Shown here: positions 46,921-56,605 of the stretch, in pieces | How the letters are laid out: each line of letters begins with the position of its first letter | How positions within the stretch are numbered: the first letter of the stretch is position 1 | From: Armatimonadota bacterium | GTDB lineage: Bacteria > Armatimonadota > UBA5829 | DNA: 64,000 nt | Assembly: GCA_026392045.1 (NCBI GenBank) | Contig: JAPLCU010000012.1 | Coordinates: 41,142-105,141, forward strand | Direction of reading: 5' to 3' | Notes under the pieces: model-generated | Seen by the model: only the letters and a program-made list of their open reading frames with translations | Databases searched by the model: none | What the model was told of the DNA's origin: nothing | Position numbers and translations under genes: made by a program

Positions 46921-48234
46921 ATGTGTATGCGCCTGATGCTGGGCGCATGTTTTGGTATTATGAGGCTAATTTCAAGCAAATCTTGCCTATCGGGAGCGGT
47001 GGAAATCCCGGGTTCTAAGTCGCACACCGTGCGCGCGGTGGCTATTGCGTCGCTTGCCGACGGCGTTTCGATCATTCGAAAGCCGCTTGTGGCGGCGGAC
47101 ACGCTTTCGGCTGTGCACACGTATCGTGCGCTGGGAGCGGAGATCGAAACGCAGGCCGACAGATGGATAGTGCGCGGATTCGCAGGAAAGCCGAGAGCAG
47201 CCGGGGAAGATATCGATGTAGGAAACTCCGGCACAACGCTATACATTGCTCTTGGAACCGCTTGCCTCACGGATCAGCCGAATGTGCTGACTGGCGACGA
47301 ACAAATCAGGCGCAGACCTGCAGGTCCGCTTGCTGAGGCGCTGCAGGCGTTGGGCGCTAAGATTGAGTTCGCAAACCCTCAAGGGACGCCCCCGATACGT
47401 GTGAACGGGGCGATGAAAGGCGGATGCGTCAGGCTGGAGTGCAGCAAGACATCTCAGTATTTGACGAGTCTGCTGATCAACTGCCCTCTGGCAAGCGGCG
47501 ATACGAAGATCGAAGTCAAAAATCTGGTTGAAAAGCCTTACGTGGAGATGACCCTGCGCTGGCTTCAAGATCAGGGGATGGTGATCGAAAACGATGGTTT
47601 TGAGAGGTTTGTGATTCCCGGAAGGCAGCATTACAGGCCTTTTGATAGAAGCATTCCGGCGGACTGGAGCTCGGCGGCGTTCTTTATGTGCGCGGCGGCA
47701 ATTACCGGCTCGACAATTACCTTGCCGGGCTTGGATTTGAGCGACACCCAGGGCGATAAAGCTGTCGCTGATATGCTTGAGCGGATGGGCGCTATAGTAG
47801 AAACGACCGAACGTGATATCCGCGTGACGGGCGGAAAGCTAATTGGGGGAGAGTTTGATCTTGGCAACACTCCCGACGCGCTTCCCGCGCTTGCGGTGAC
47901 AGCGTGCTTTGCCCAGGGCGAGACAAGGCTGGTAAATGTAGCGCAAGCCAGGCTCAAGGAAACCGACCGCATACGCGTTATGCGCGAGGAACTCAGCAAG
48001 CTGGGGGCGGATATTGAAGAGCTGCCGGACGGTTTGGTCATACGGGGAAGGCAGCTTCATTCGGGGGATGTTCACGGCCACTATGACCACCGTGTCATAA
48101 TGGCGCTTGCCATAGCGGGGCTTTGCCTGGCGGGACAGACGACGATTTGGGCTGCCGAAGCGCTGGATGTAACTTTCCCGACGTTTGTGGAATTGATGAA
48201 TGGCGCGGGAGCTACGATGAAAATGTGCGATTAG
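46921..48234 (+). CDS. aroA: 3-phosphoshikimate 1-carboxyvinyltransferase (EPSP synthase)
   Basis: LSGAVEIPGSKSHTVRA N-terminal signature and EPSP synthase fold motifs. An alternative in-frame ATG lies at 46960. A palindromic element and a candidate promoter are upstream. Confidence 0.9.
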   Translation: MCMRLMLGACFGIMRLISSKSCLSGAVEIPGSKSHTVRAVAIASLADGVSIIRKPLVAADTLSAVHTYRALGAEIETQADRWIVRGFAGKPRAAGEDIDVGNSGTTLYIALGTACLTDQPNVLTGDEQIRRRPAGPLAEALQALGAKIEFANPQGTPPIRVNGAMKGGCVRLECSKTSQYLTSLLINCPLASGDTKIEVKNLVEKPYVEMTLRWLQDQGMVIENDGFERFVIPGRQHYRPFDRSIPADWSSAAFFMCAAAITGSTITLPGLDLSDTQGDKAVADMLERMGAIVETTERDIRVTGGKLIGGEFDLGNTPDALPALAVTACFAQGETRLVNVAQARLKETDRIRVMREELSKLGADIEELPDGLVIRGRQLHSGDVHGHYDHRVIMALAIAGLCLAGQTTIWAAEALDVTFPTFVELMNGAGATMKMCD

Positions 48235-48287
48235 AAAGATTATAAAGGACCGAGCGACGAAGCTTTGGAGTTATTTGGAGGAAAAAC

Positions 48288-49412
48288 ATGTTAGGTAATA
48301 GTTTCGGAAGAATGTTCAGGGTCACGGCGTGCGGGGAGAGCTACGGCGACGCTTTGGTGGCAATAATTGATGGGTGTCCGGCTGGTCTTGAGATTTCGGA
48401 TGGGGAAATACAAATGGAACTGGACGCCAGGCGCCCTGGCACCAGCCCGCTGGACTCCCCCAGGCAGGAAACCGATCAGGTGCATATATTTGCGGGAGTT
48501 CTCAATGGAGTTACTACCGGCGCGCCGCTCGGTTTGATAATCTACAATGTGGACAGGCATGATATTCATGTTAAGCAGTATTTCGATGTCAAAGACCTCG
48601 TGCGCCCAGGACATGCCGAATATACGCATATGATCAAATATGGCCAATTCGCCGACTGGTGCGGCGCGGGCAGAGCGAGCGGCCGCGAGACCTGCATGCG
48701 CGTTGCGGCTGGCGCTGTGGCGAAGAAAATACTTGCAAAGCAGGGCATTGAAGTATTGGGCCATACCTGCGAATGCATGGGAATCAAATCCAAACCGCTT
48801 TCTTTTGAGGATATTAAAGCCCATTACCGCAAAAACCATATCAACTGCGCAGATCCCGAGGCTGCAAAAAAGATGATCGAGCGTGTGCTTGTGATAAAAG
48901 ACGAAGGCGACACCGCTGGCGGCGCTGTCGAAGTGATCGCGCATGGCGTTCCGGCAGGTCTTGGCGAGCCGGTGTTCGATAAGATTAACGCGACTCTCGC
49001 CCACGCGCTTATGAGCATTGGCGCTGTGAGAGGCGTGGAGTTCGGCGCGGGGTTTGGCGTGAGCAATATGAAGGGTTCTGAATGCAATGACATTCCTTAC
49101 GTCGATGAAGACGGAAAAGTCAGGTTCAGAACCAACAGGGCTGGAGGCATTGAGGGCGGCATTACAAACGGCGAGGATATTATGATAAGAATCGCGGTGA
49201 AACCCACCCCTACGGTCTCAATCGATCAGCAGACGGTGAATATGGCCACGATGCAAAACCAAAAGCTATCGGCTATCACACGCAGAGACCCGACAGTCAC
49301 TGCCAGGCTGGTTGCAGTCGCCGAAGCTATGGTTCGCTTGACTATTCTCGACCACCTTATGATGTGGCGCGGTTACGATGCGATACAAAACATCGAACAC
49401 CCTTGGAGATAA
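48288..49412 (+). CDS. aroC: Chorismate synthase
   Basis: N-terminal GNSFGRMFRVTACGESYGDAL and the other chorismate synthase signatures, 374 aa. Confidence 0.9.
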   Translation: MLGNSFGRMFRVTACGESYGDALVAIIDGCPAGLEISDGEIQMELDARRPGTSPLDSPRQETDQVHIFAGVLNGVTTGAPLGLIIYNVDRHDIHVKQYFDVKDLVRPGHAEYTHMIKYGQFADWCGAGRASGRETCMRVAAGAVAKKILAKQGIEVLGHTCECMGIKSKPLSFEDIKAHYRKNHINCADPEAAKKMIERVLVIKDEGDTAGGAVEVIAHGVPAGLGEPVFDKINATLAHALMSIGAVRGVEFGAGFGVSNMKGSECNDIPYVDEDGKVRFRTNRAGGIEGGITNGEDIMIRIAVKPTPTVSIDQQTVNMATMQNQKLSAITRRDPTVTARLVAVAEAMVRLTILDHLMMWRGYDAIQNIEHPWR

Positions 49413-49505
49413 GCTTAAATGTCCCGATGCGAGATGCATCGGGGCATTTATTTGACTTGGATAGTTGCCCTGCTAAAGGTAACTCCTTGACTCAGCATTG
49501 GCGAC

Positions 49506-51380
49506 ATGTTAAGCTTTGGCAGAGGAATAACAACTTTGCGCAACAACTCAAAACCTAAACCAAGAACTGCTCGCATCAAGCGACAGGCTCTACCAATAAT
49601 AATTGTCTTGGCGGCCCTGCTGCCTTACCTCTCATCTCTGCGGGGCAAGTTCACTCTGGACGATTGGGCTCTGATTGTCTACGATCCGCTGGTCCACAGT
49701 CTATCAAACATTACGAAAGCTTTCCAGACGGATTTTCTGCACGGCAATCTCGGCGACACAATAGGTTTTTACTATCGCCCGCTCAGTACGGTCAGTTTCC
49801 AATTAGACTATGCGCTTTGGGGCGCTAATCCACTTGCATTTCGCGTTATGAATGTCTTGATGAACCTTGCGGTGGTCCTGCTGGTGTTTGGGATAAGCAA
49901 GCGCATAGCAAAGAGCAACTTCGTGGCCGGGGTGGCCGCAGTAGCGTTTGCGGTGTTACCCAGCCATGCGGAATCGGTATCCTGGATCTGCGGAAGGACG
50001 GATGTCTTATCCACGCTTTTCATTCTTGCTTCGCTGTTACTTTTCATGACGCTTTATGAAACCAGGCCGCAATTCAATTGGCCCTTGGCTGTTTGCTGCT
50101 CGCTATTATTCGGATGCGCTCTATTCTCTAAAGAAATGGGAATCGCCACACTCATATTGATAGCTGCTTATCTGTGGATATTTGGCAAATCCGAGCGCAA
50201 AAAGGACCTGCTGAAGTGGGTGATTGTGATGCTCCCCACGCTTATTGTCTACATGGTCTGCCGGAAACACGTGGTAGGTTCTTCATTGGAAAGCATCATT
50301 GCACTTAAAATTCATGAGCGGTTAGTCTGCATAGGAATCGCGTATGCAGCTTATCTAAGGATGCTTTTTGTGCCTCAGGAATCGCGAGTCATTTATGATG
50401 TATTCCCGATGGCTATGAAATATCCAATGATTGCGGCTGCAACATGGCTGCTGCCCATCGGACTATTGGGGCTGACGGTCTGGGCAAGGAAACGCACTCC
50501 GATTGTGGCATTTGGAGCGCTTTGGGTATTCTTGGCGCTGTTGCCGGTTTCTAACATTTTGCCTACCATTGGTCCGCTGCCAGCCGAGCGATTCGTCTAC
50601 CTCGCAAGCGTGGGATCTTCGCTGATCATCGGCTGGATGGCTTTGAAACTATATGAATTGCGGCCCAAATCAATGGCAAACTGGCCTACTATTGCTATGA
50701 TTATTATTTGTGCGTTTATGATCTACTGCGGGCTGCTGACGGTGCAGAGCTGCAAGAATTACGAGTCGGATATCAGGTGGGCACGAGGAATCTCTGCAAG
50801 CAACACAAGATTTGCAATAATGAGATCAGAGGCAGGCAGAATATTTTTTGCGGCAGGATACCCTCAAGAGACAGATAAGGAAATTGAAGCGGCAATTGCT
50901 CGTTCTATACCGGGGCAGCTGGACTCATGCGATTACATACGGCTTGCAGTGGTAAAACGCACGCTTGGCCAAGTAGATGCTTCGCTGAAACGGCTGGCGG
51001 AAGCAAAACGGCTATTCGGAGATAAGCCTGAGATAGAATATCAGGCCGGAATAGGGCTTGCGGCAACGGGACAGATGCAAAAGGCTGCTGAGGCATTCCA
51101 GCTGGCGACAAAATTGGACCCAAAACTGGCACCGGCTTGGCGCAATTTGGGAAAAGCAAGCTTCGAGTTAAAAGATTACAAAGAGGCGATCCGGGCGTAT
51201 GAGCGGGCAGCGTCTCTCGTGAGATTGAGCGCTAAGGATAGGCTGAATCTGGCATTGGCTTACAAAAAGGCAGCGATGCCCGGCAAAGCTCAGCGTCTAT
51301 TTCAGCAAATAGTGAAAGAGGACGCACAAGGGGAGCCGGGCAAACGTGCTGCTAAAGAAATATTGTCAATAAGACAATAA
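49506..51380 (+). CDS. Polytopic membrane protein with a C-terminal TPR-repeat domain (PMT/TMTC-like, DUF1736-type glycosyltransferase-like)
   Basis: About 11 TM helices with the conserved N-terminal loop (DDWALIVYDPLV...FYYRPLSTVSFQLDY), then TPR-like repeats (AAEAFQLATKLDPKLAPAWRNLGKA...). Confidence 0.65.
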   Translation: MLSFGRGITTLRNNSKPKPRTARIKRQALPIIIVLAALLPYLSSLRGKFTLDDWALIVYDPLVHSLSNITKAFQTDFLHGNLGDTIGFYYRPLSTVSFQLDYALWGANPLAFRVMNVLMNLAVVLLVFGISKRIAKSNFVAGVAAVAFAVLPSHAESVSWICGRTDVLSTLFILASLLLFMTLYETRPQFNWPLAVCCSLLFGCALFSKEMGIATLILIAAYLWIFGKSERKKDLLKWVIVMLPTLIVYMVCRKHVVGSSLESIIALKIHERLVCIGIAYAAYLRMLFVPQESRVIYDVFPMAMKYPMIAAATWLLPIGLLGLTVWARKRTPIVAFGALWVFLALLPVSNILPTIGPLPAERFVYLASVGSSLIIGWMALKLYELRPKSMANWPTIAMIIICAFMIYCGLLTVQSCKNYESDIRWARGISASNTRFAIMRSEAGRIFFAAGYPQETDKEIEAAIARSIPGQLDSCDYIRLAVVKRTLGQVDASLKRLAEAKRLFGDKPEIEYQAGIGLAATGQMQKAAEAFQLATKLDPKLAPAWRNLGKASFELKDYKEAIRAYERAASLVRLSAKDRLNLALAYKKAAMPGKAQRLFQQIVKEDAQGEPGKRAAKEILSIRQ

Positions 51381-51399
51381 GTGCAGTAAAGATAAGAAA

Positions 51400-51792
51400 C
51401 TATCCTGCTTTGATCTTCAAAAGCTCAATCTCGAAATGCAGAGTGGCATTCGGCGGAATTGGGCCTTGACCTGTTTCGCCGTAGCCCAATTCCGGTGGGA
51501 TAGTCAGTTTTCGGGTTTCTCCAACCTTCATTCCAATTAGGCCTTCATCCCAACCCCGGATAACTTGACCTGCGCCCACTGTGAACTCAAACGGCTCGCG
51601 GCCGGGTTTCTTAGATGTGTCGAAGACCTTGCCATTATCTAGCCAACCTTTGTAATGGACTGTAACTGTATCTCCTACCGCAACAACAGGCGCTGGCAAG
51701 GGAGCCTTAGCTTTGGGCTGGGACTTTTTCCCACAGCCTGCAACCACGATGACTAGCGCAAATAATACCAATAACAGTGATTTGATCTTCAT
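51400..51792 (-). CDS. FKBP-type peptidyl-prolyl cis-trans isomerase, lipoprotein
   Basis: Lipobox VVAGC. FKBP core [15 protein letters not shown]...LLKI. Confidence 0.85.
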   Translation of the reverse strand: MKIKSLLLVLFALVIVVAGCGKKSQPKAKAPLPAPVVAVGDTVTVHYKGWLDNGKVFDTSKKPGREPFEFTVGAGQVIRGWDEGLIGMKVGETRKLTIPPELGYGETGQGPIPPNATLHFEIELLKIKAG

Positions 51793-51855
51793 TTTCAGGT
51801 TCCTTTCTTAAACTAAAGTTATCTTAGCGCACAAAGCATTCGGCGTCAAGTTTGT

Positions 51856-51925
51856 GGGAGGGCGAGGCTCCCGCCGAGCCTTGTAGCTGCGAAGGGAAAT
51901 GGCTCAGGGGGACCTTCGCCCTCCC
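51856..51925 (+). repeat. 70-nt GC-rich structured element (family D), copy 2
   Basis: GGGAGGGCGAGGCTCCCGCCGAGCCTTGTAGCTGCGAAGGGAAATGGCTCAGGGGGACCTTCGCCCTCCC, 110 nt upstream of argC. Confidence 0.7.
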
Positions 51926-52034
51926 GTGGTCGCAGCGAAGTATTCATCGTTTCTTAACTCTTACATGTTTGCCAATGGTATCTGGTCGCTGTATAATTTG
52001 AGTGTAATAAAATTGTTGAGGTGGAAATACGGCG

Positions 52035-53087
52035 ATGATTAAAGTAGGCATTATTGGGGCTTCAGGATATGCGGGAGCAGAGCTGATCAGGTATCTGCTG
52101 GCCCATCCTGAAGTAGAGATCACTTATTTAGCGAGCAGCACATTCGAGGGAAAGCCAATATCTGAAGCATTCCCCAGTTTTTTGGGCCAAAATCTGCCGC
52201 TGTGTGAGAGCTATAATCTGGACACGGCAGCGAAAAAAGCAGATTTCTTTTTTCAGGCACAGGGAAACGGCGCGGGGATGAAGATTGTGCCCGAGCTTCT
52301 TGCCCGTGGTAAGAAAATTATTGATGTGCCCGCTGATTTCCGCCTTAAAGACGTAGAGACATACAAGAAATACTATGGCATGGAGCACATCGCCATAGAC
52401 GCGCTTGCGGAAGCAGTTTACGGCATCAGTGAACTTCACCCGAAAGAGATCGCGGCGGCCAGGATAGTCGCGAACCCGGGTTGCTATGCCACGGGCGCGA
52501 TTCTGGCGCTTGCGCCGCTTGTCGGCAGCGATTTCGTGTGCGTGCAGTCTATGATTGTCGATTCCAAATCGGGTGTGTCGGGCGCTGGGCGCTCCAAGCT
52601 GAGCGCGGCGGGCTTATTCTGTGAGGTCAACGAAGGATGCAAAGCGTATGATGTCGCAACTCACAGGCATACACCTGAAATCGAGCAGGAGCTTTGCGTA
52701 ATTTCGGGCAAGGATGTGCGCCTGAATTTCACGCCTCATCTGGCGCCGATGAACCGCGGCATTTTGACAACGGCATACGCAAGCGCCGCGCAGGGCAAGA
52801 CTGTACCTACAAGCGCTGAGATGATTGCGCGTTACCGTGAGTTCTATGCCAGGCAGCCGTTTGTGATGGTGCTGGATGAAGGAAAGCAGCCTTGCACAAA
52901 AGATGTCTTCGGTACTAATTTCTGCCACATCGGGCTGGTTTCCGATTCACGCACGAATCGAGTGATCGTCACCTGCGCAATTGATAATATGGGCAAGGGC
53001 GCTGCCGGCCAAGCTATTCAAAATATGAACCTGATGTGCGGATTTGATCAGGCTGCCGGACTCATGAGCCCCGCAATCTATCCGTAG
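52035..53087 (+). CDS. argC: N-acetyl-gamma-glutamyl-phosphate reductase
   Basis: GASGYAGAEL Rossmann motif and active-site PGCYATG. Confidence 0.9.
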   Translation: MIKVGIIGASGYAGAELIRYLLAHPEVEITYLASSTFEGKPISEAFPSFLGQNLPLCESYNLDTAAKKADFFFQAQGNGAGMKIVPELLARGKKIIDVPADFRLKDVETYKKYYGMEHIAIDALAEAVYGISELHPKEIAAARIVANPGCYATGAILALAPLVGSDFVCVQSMIVDSKSGVSGAGRSKLSAAGLFCEVNEGCKAYDVATHRHTPEIEQELCVISGKDVRLNFTPHLAPMNRGILTTAYASAAQGKTVPTSAEMIARYREFYARQPFVMVLDEGKQPCTKDVFGTNFCHIGLVSDSRTNRVIVTCAIDNMGKGAAGQAIQNMNLMCGFDQAAGLMSPAIYP

Positions 53088-53109
53088 TTTTTTATTGGAG
53101 TAGTGAAAT

Positions 53110-54309
53110 ATGAAGCAAGTGGAGGGTGCAATTACTGCGCCAAAAGGATTCAAGGCAGCTGGGGTCAGATGCGGCATTAAGGAAAAAGGGACGGATTTGG
53201 CGCTCATTTACTCGGAAAGACAGTGTTCTGTCGCCGGAGTCTTTACAACAAATGCATTCAAGGCGGCATCGGTCGTCCGAAATATGGAAAGAATCAAGAT
53301 CGCGCGCGGCAGGGCGATTGTGGTTAACAGCGGTAATGCAAATGCATGCACTGGTGAGCAGGGGCTAAAGGATGTCGATTATATCTGCCGTTTCGCCGGT
53401 GAGCTGCTGAATGTGCCAATAGACGAGGTTTACAATGCTTCCACGGGCATAATCGGAGTTCGGCTCCCGATGGACAAGATCGATGTCGGCATTATGGATG
53501 CGCTCGCTGAGCTTGATGAAAACGGCGGCGAAGCTGCTGCTCAAGCTATTATGACCACCGATACTCGCCCAAAAATGACCGCTTATGAGATCGAAATCAG
53601 CGGAGCGCCGGTGAGAATCGGAGCGATCTGCAAAGGCGCGGGCATGATCTGCCCTAATATGGCCACAATGCTGTGTTTTGTTACGACCGACGCGAATATT
53701 AACCCGGTGACGTTCCAGAAATGCCTCGTCTCAAGCGTGGATAGGAGCCTGAACTGCCTTACGGTCGATGGCGATATGAGCACAAACGACTCAGTAATTG
53801 CGTTTGCAAACGGCGCTTCGGGTTGTTCGGAGATTCTTGAAGGCGCTCCCGAGCATAGAGATTTCGAGGAAGCGCTCGCAAAGGTCTGCATGGAAATGGC
53901 TCGGGCAATTGCCATGGATGGCGAGGGCGCCACGAAATATGTTGAAATTCATGTAGTTAATGCGGAAACTTACGCTGATGCAAAGGCGGCAGCGCTTAAA
54001 GTTGCGAACTCGCCCCTGGTCAAAACGGCTATCTTTGGCGAGGATCCGAACTGGGGCAGGGTATTGTGCGCAGTTGGCGGTTCTGGAGCGAAAGTAGTTC
54101 CGGAAAATGCATCTCTGTCATTCGGCGATGTGAAGATAGTCGAGCGCGGAGAGCCCGTGAAGATGGATCCTGAACTTGCGAGAAAGCCTATGCTGGAAAA
54201 AGAGCTTCACATTACGGTTGATTTGGGGTTGGGTGAGCACAGCGCCACGGCGTTTACATGCGATTTCTCATACGATTACGTGAAGATTAATGCACAATAC
54301 CATACGTAG
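53110..54309 (+). CDS. argJ: Bifunctional glutamate N-acetyltransferase / amino-acid acetyltransferase
   Basis: ArgJ family signature, with the autocleavage-site region ...ATMLCFVTTDA... Confidence 0.9.
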   Translation: MKQVEGAITAPKGFKAAGVRCGIKEKGTDLALIYSERQCSVAGVFTTNAFKAASVVRNMERIKIARGRAIVVNSGNANACTGEQGLKDVDYICRFAGELLNVPIDEVYNASTGIIGVRLPMDKIDVGIMDALAELDENGGEAAAQAIMTTDTRPKMTAYEIEISGAPVRIGAICKGAGMICPNMATMLCFVTTDANINPVTFQKCLVSSVDRSLNCLTVDGDMSTNDSVIAFANGASGCSEILEGAPEHRDFEEALAKVCMEMARAIAMDGEGATKYVEIHVVNAETYADAKAAALKVANSPLVKTAIFGEDPNWGRVLCAVGGSGAKVVPENASLSFGDVKIVERGEPVKMDPELARKPMLEKELHITVDLGLGEHSATAFTCDFSYDYVKINAQYHT

Positions 54310-54321
54310 AGGTGGAACTAG

Positions 54322-55131
54322 GTGATATCATCTGGATTTAGGTCGATTCTTGTTGGAGCGCTTGTTTTATTGAGCACTGGGCTTGCTGCGGCGGGGGACA
54401 TATTCTGTCCGCCTGAAGACGCGCTAATCAAGCTTTTTAAGGATGCGAGGCGCGTCGATCTCCGGACGTGCCAGGCCTCATCCGTGCTTGCCTTGCGCAA
54501 TGTGGTTAAAATTCCCGCTCCTGAAACCGCTGTGCTTGTGAAAACCTTTGCGAGAAAGTCGCTGCCGGCTGAGCTTCGGGAGACGTTTGCATCTCCTGAT
54601 GCCAGCAATTCAGCGTTGAATGGCGTGACCATGAATGGCCGTTACATCGTAGTTATACGCTCGGGTTTTGCGAAAGAGGACTCTGACATACTCAATCACG
54701 AACTTGTGCACGCTTATATATCGCTTGCTTCCCCGAAACCGCTGCCTTTCTGGTTCCAGGAGGCTAGTGCGGTTCATTTTTCGACCGATACCAGTAGACG
54801 GGTGTATGGTAAGCCATCCGAAAAGCTTTCCGGTGTAACTGAAGCCAAAGTTGTGGAGCTTACTGGGCAATATCAGCGGAAGCTGCAGAGTTTCCACTTT
54901 CTGATCGAACGGGTAGGCATAAAGAGATTCTACAAGTGGTATGCTAATGCGGTGGAGACCGGCATAATAGACACCCACCCACTACTGGGCTTGTCTGCAG
55001 CTCGCCCGCCGATTCCTGATGAGTCTGGGAAGCCGCTGCTGATCGGTATTATCGTGGCTGCGATGGTGATTGTTTTGACTATGATCGTTCGTGGTTTGGT
55101 CTCTGCAAAGAGAGACAGAGAGTTCTACTGA
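54322..55131 (+). CDS. Hypothetical membrane-anchored protein with an HExxH motif (possible Zn metallopeptidase-like)
   Basis: GTG start after AGGTGG. Signal peptide and C-terminal TM helix. HELVHAY motif. I recognise no family. Confidence 0.45.
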   Translation: MISSGFRSILVGALVLLSTGLAAAGDIFCPPEDALIKLFKDARRVDLRTCQASSVLALRNVVKIPAPETAVLVKTFARKSLPAELRETFASPDASNSALNGVTMNGRYIVVIRSGFAKEDSDILNHELVHAYISLASPKPLPFWFQEASAVHFSTDTSRRVYGKPSEKLSGVTEAKVVELTGQYQRKLQSFHFLIERVGIKRFYKWYANAVETGIIDTHPLLGLSAARPPIPDESGKPLLIGIIVAAMVIVLTMIVRGLVSAKRDREFY

Positions 55132-55162
55132 AAAAATATTTAGAAATATTTTTTGGGAACCC

Positions 55163-55190
55163 TAAAGACTGCATCTGCTGCTGCCGATAA
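55163..55190 (+). promoter_or_regulatory. Sigma-28 (FliA)-like promoter TAAA-N16-GCCGATAA upstream of flgM
   Basis: Exact GCCGATAA -10 element at 55183-55190, with TAAA 16 nt upstream. flgM is classically FliA-dependent. Confidence 0.5.
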
Positions 55191-55393
55191 TGAATATTGA
55201 AGTAAATATTGACGATAAAGGCAAACTTCTCGAAAGGGGAGGACGCAAAGCCATCGGGACTAACGCTCACTTAGGTGAGATAAGTCAGCCGGGCTGCCGT
55301 TTTCCAAGCCTTCGAGGTTTGCCTTTTTTTGCGTCCTGTCGTATTATGTAGAGGCTTCTTCGAAGTGGATGGATAACACGGGAGGACAATACA

Positions 55394-55696
55394 ATGAAGA
55401 TTTCGCAAGTTGAATCAGGTAAGGCAGCTGGAAGCGCCGGTGCGGCGCAGACTAAAATTCTCCCCGAGGATAGACCCAGAGGTCTGATTTCCTCTAAGCC
55501 GACTAACGGCAGGCAGTTATCACCGCTTGAACAGGGAATGGTAGTGGCTGAGGCGGCGCTTGCAGGTGTTCCCGATATCCGCGAAGAAGTGGTTAACGAC
55601 CTCAAGGAAAGAATCCGCAAGGGCGAGTATAATGTTAGCGGCAAAGATATTGCTGACATGATGATTCGGCGCCTGGAAGCGGACAGGATAAGGTAG
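55394..55696 (+). CDS. flgM: Anti-sigma-28 factor FlgM
   Basis: 100 aa. The C-terminal conserved FlgM segment IREEVVNDLKERIRKGEYNVSGKDIADMMI, with a disordered N-terminal half. Confidence 0.7.
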   Translation: MKISQVESGKAAGSAGAAQTKILPEDRPRGLISSKPTNGRQLSPLEQGMVVAEAALAGVPDIREEVVNDLKERIRKGEYNVSGKDIADMMIRRLEADRIR

Positions 55697-55718
55697 ACAC
55701 GTGTCTAGTGCGTAGTGT

Positions 55719-55755
55719 GCCAGGGCTGGCATGGAGCTGAAGCCCTGGCTTTTTG
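55719..55755 (+). terminator. Rho-independent terminator after flgM
   Basis: CCAGGGCT ... AGCCCTGG hairpin followed by CTTTTTG. Confidence 0.7.
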
Positions 55756-55816
55756 TGTACGGATTTAGGAGGAGTTGAGGCCAGCGATGGCTAAAACATA
55801 TTTGACTAAGTAACTG

Positions 55817-56605
55817 ATGGACGATAAAATGACTAATATTCTAGCTGTTGTAAACCAAAAAGGCGGCGTGGGGAAGACCACGACGGCGGTAAACCTGGCT
55901 GCTTGCCTGGCTGTCGCCGGAAAGAAGGTATTGCTTGTGGACACCGATCCGCAGGGAAATGCCACGAGCGGTGTGGGTGTTGTCAAATCTCACCTGGACC
56001 ACTGCATTTATGATGTCCTGATCAATGATGTGCCCCTTGAGCAGGTCATTGTACACACAGACATCGCTGGACTGGACCTGGTGCCGGCAAAGCTGGACCT
56101 GGCTGGCGCTGACATTGAGTTGATGTCGATGATGTCTCGCGAAACCAAGCTCAAGCAGGCAATAGGGCGCGTGAGTGAGAATTATGATTTCGTTATCATC
56201 GATTGCCCTCCTTCGCTTGGTCTGCTAACGGTAAACGTATTGGCGGCAGCGAGCCATGTGGTGATGCCGATACAATGCGAATATTATGCACTTGAAGGGA
56301 TTAGCCAGCTTCTGAGAACGGTGGAACTAGTTAAGCAGCACCTGAACCCGGACCTGGACATTGCCAAAGTACTATTGACTATGTTCGACTACCGGACGAA
56401 TCTCTCGCAGCAGGTTGCTGAAGAAGTGCATAGATTCTTCGGCGAAAAGGTATCGAAGGTTGTTGTGCCGAGAAATGTTAGACTTAGCGAGGCGCCCAGC
56501 CATGGTATGCCTATCATCACATACGATCCTAAATCAAAGGGAGCGGAAGCCTACACAAAATTCGCCGAGGAGGTAATTGTATTTGGAACGCAGGGGTCTC
56601 GGTAA
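55817..56605 (+). CDS. parA: Chromosome partitioning ATPase ParA/Soj
   Basis: Deviant Walker A KGGVGKTTT, 262 aa. Confidence 0.9.
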   Translation: MDDKMTNILAVVNQKGGVGKTTTAVNLAACLAVAGKKVLLVDTDPQGNATSGVGVVKSHLDHCIYDVLINDVPLEQVIVHTDIAGLDLVPAKLDLAGADIELMSMMSRETKLKQAIGRVSENYDFVIIDCPPSLGLLTVNVLAAASHVVMPIQCEYYALEGISQLLRTVELVKQHLNPDLDIAKVLLTMFDYRTNLSQQVAEEVHRFFGEKVSKVVVPRNVRLSEAPSHGMPIITYDPKSKGAEAYTKFAEEVIVFGTQGSR

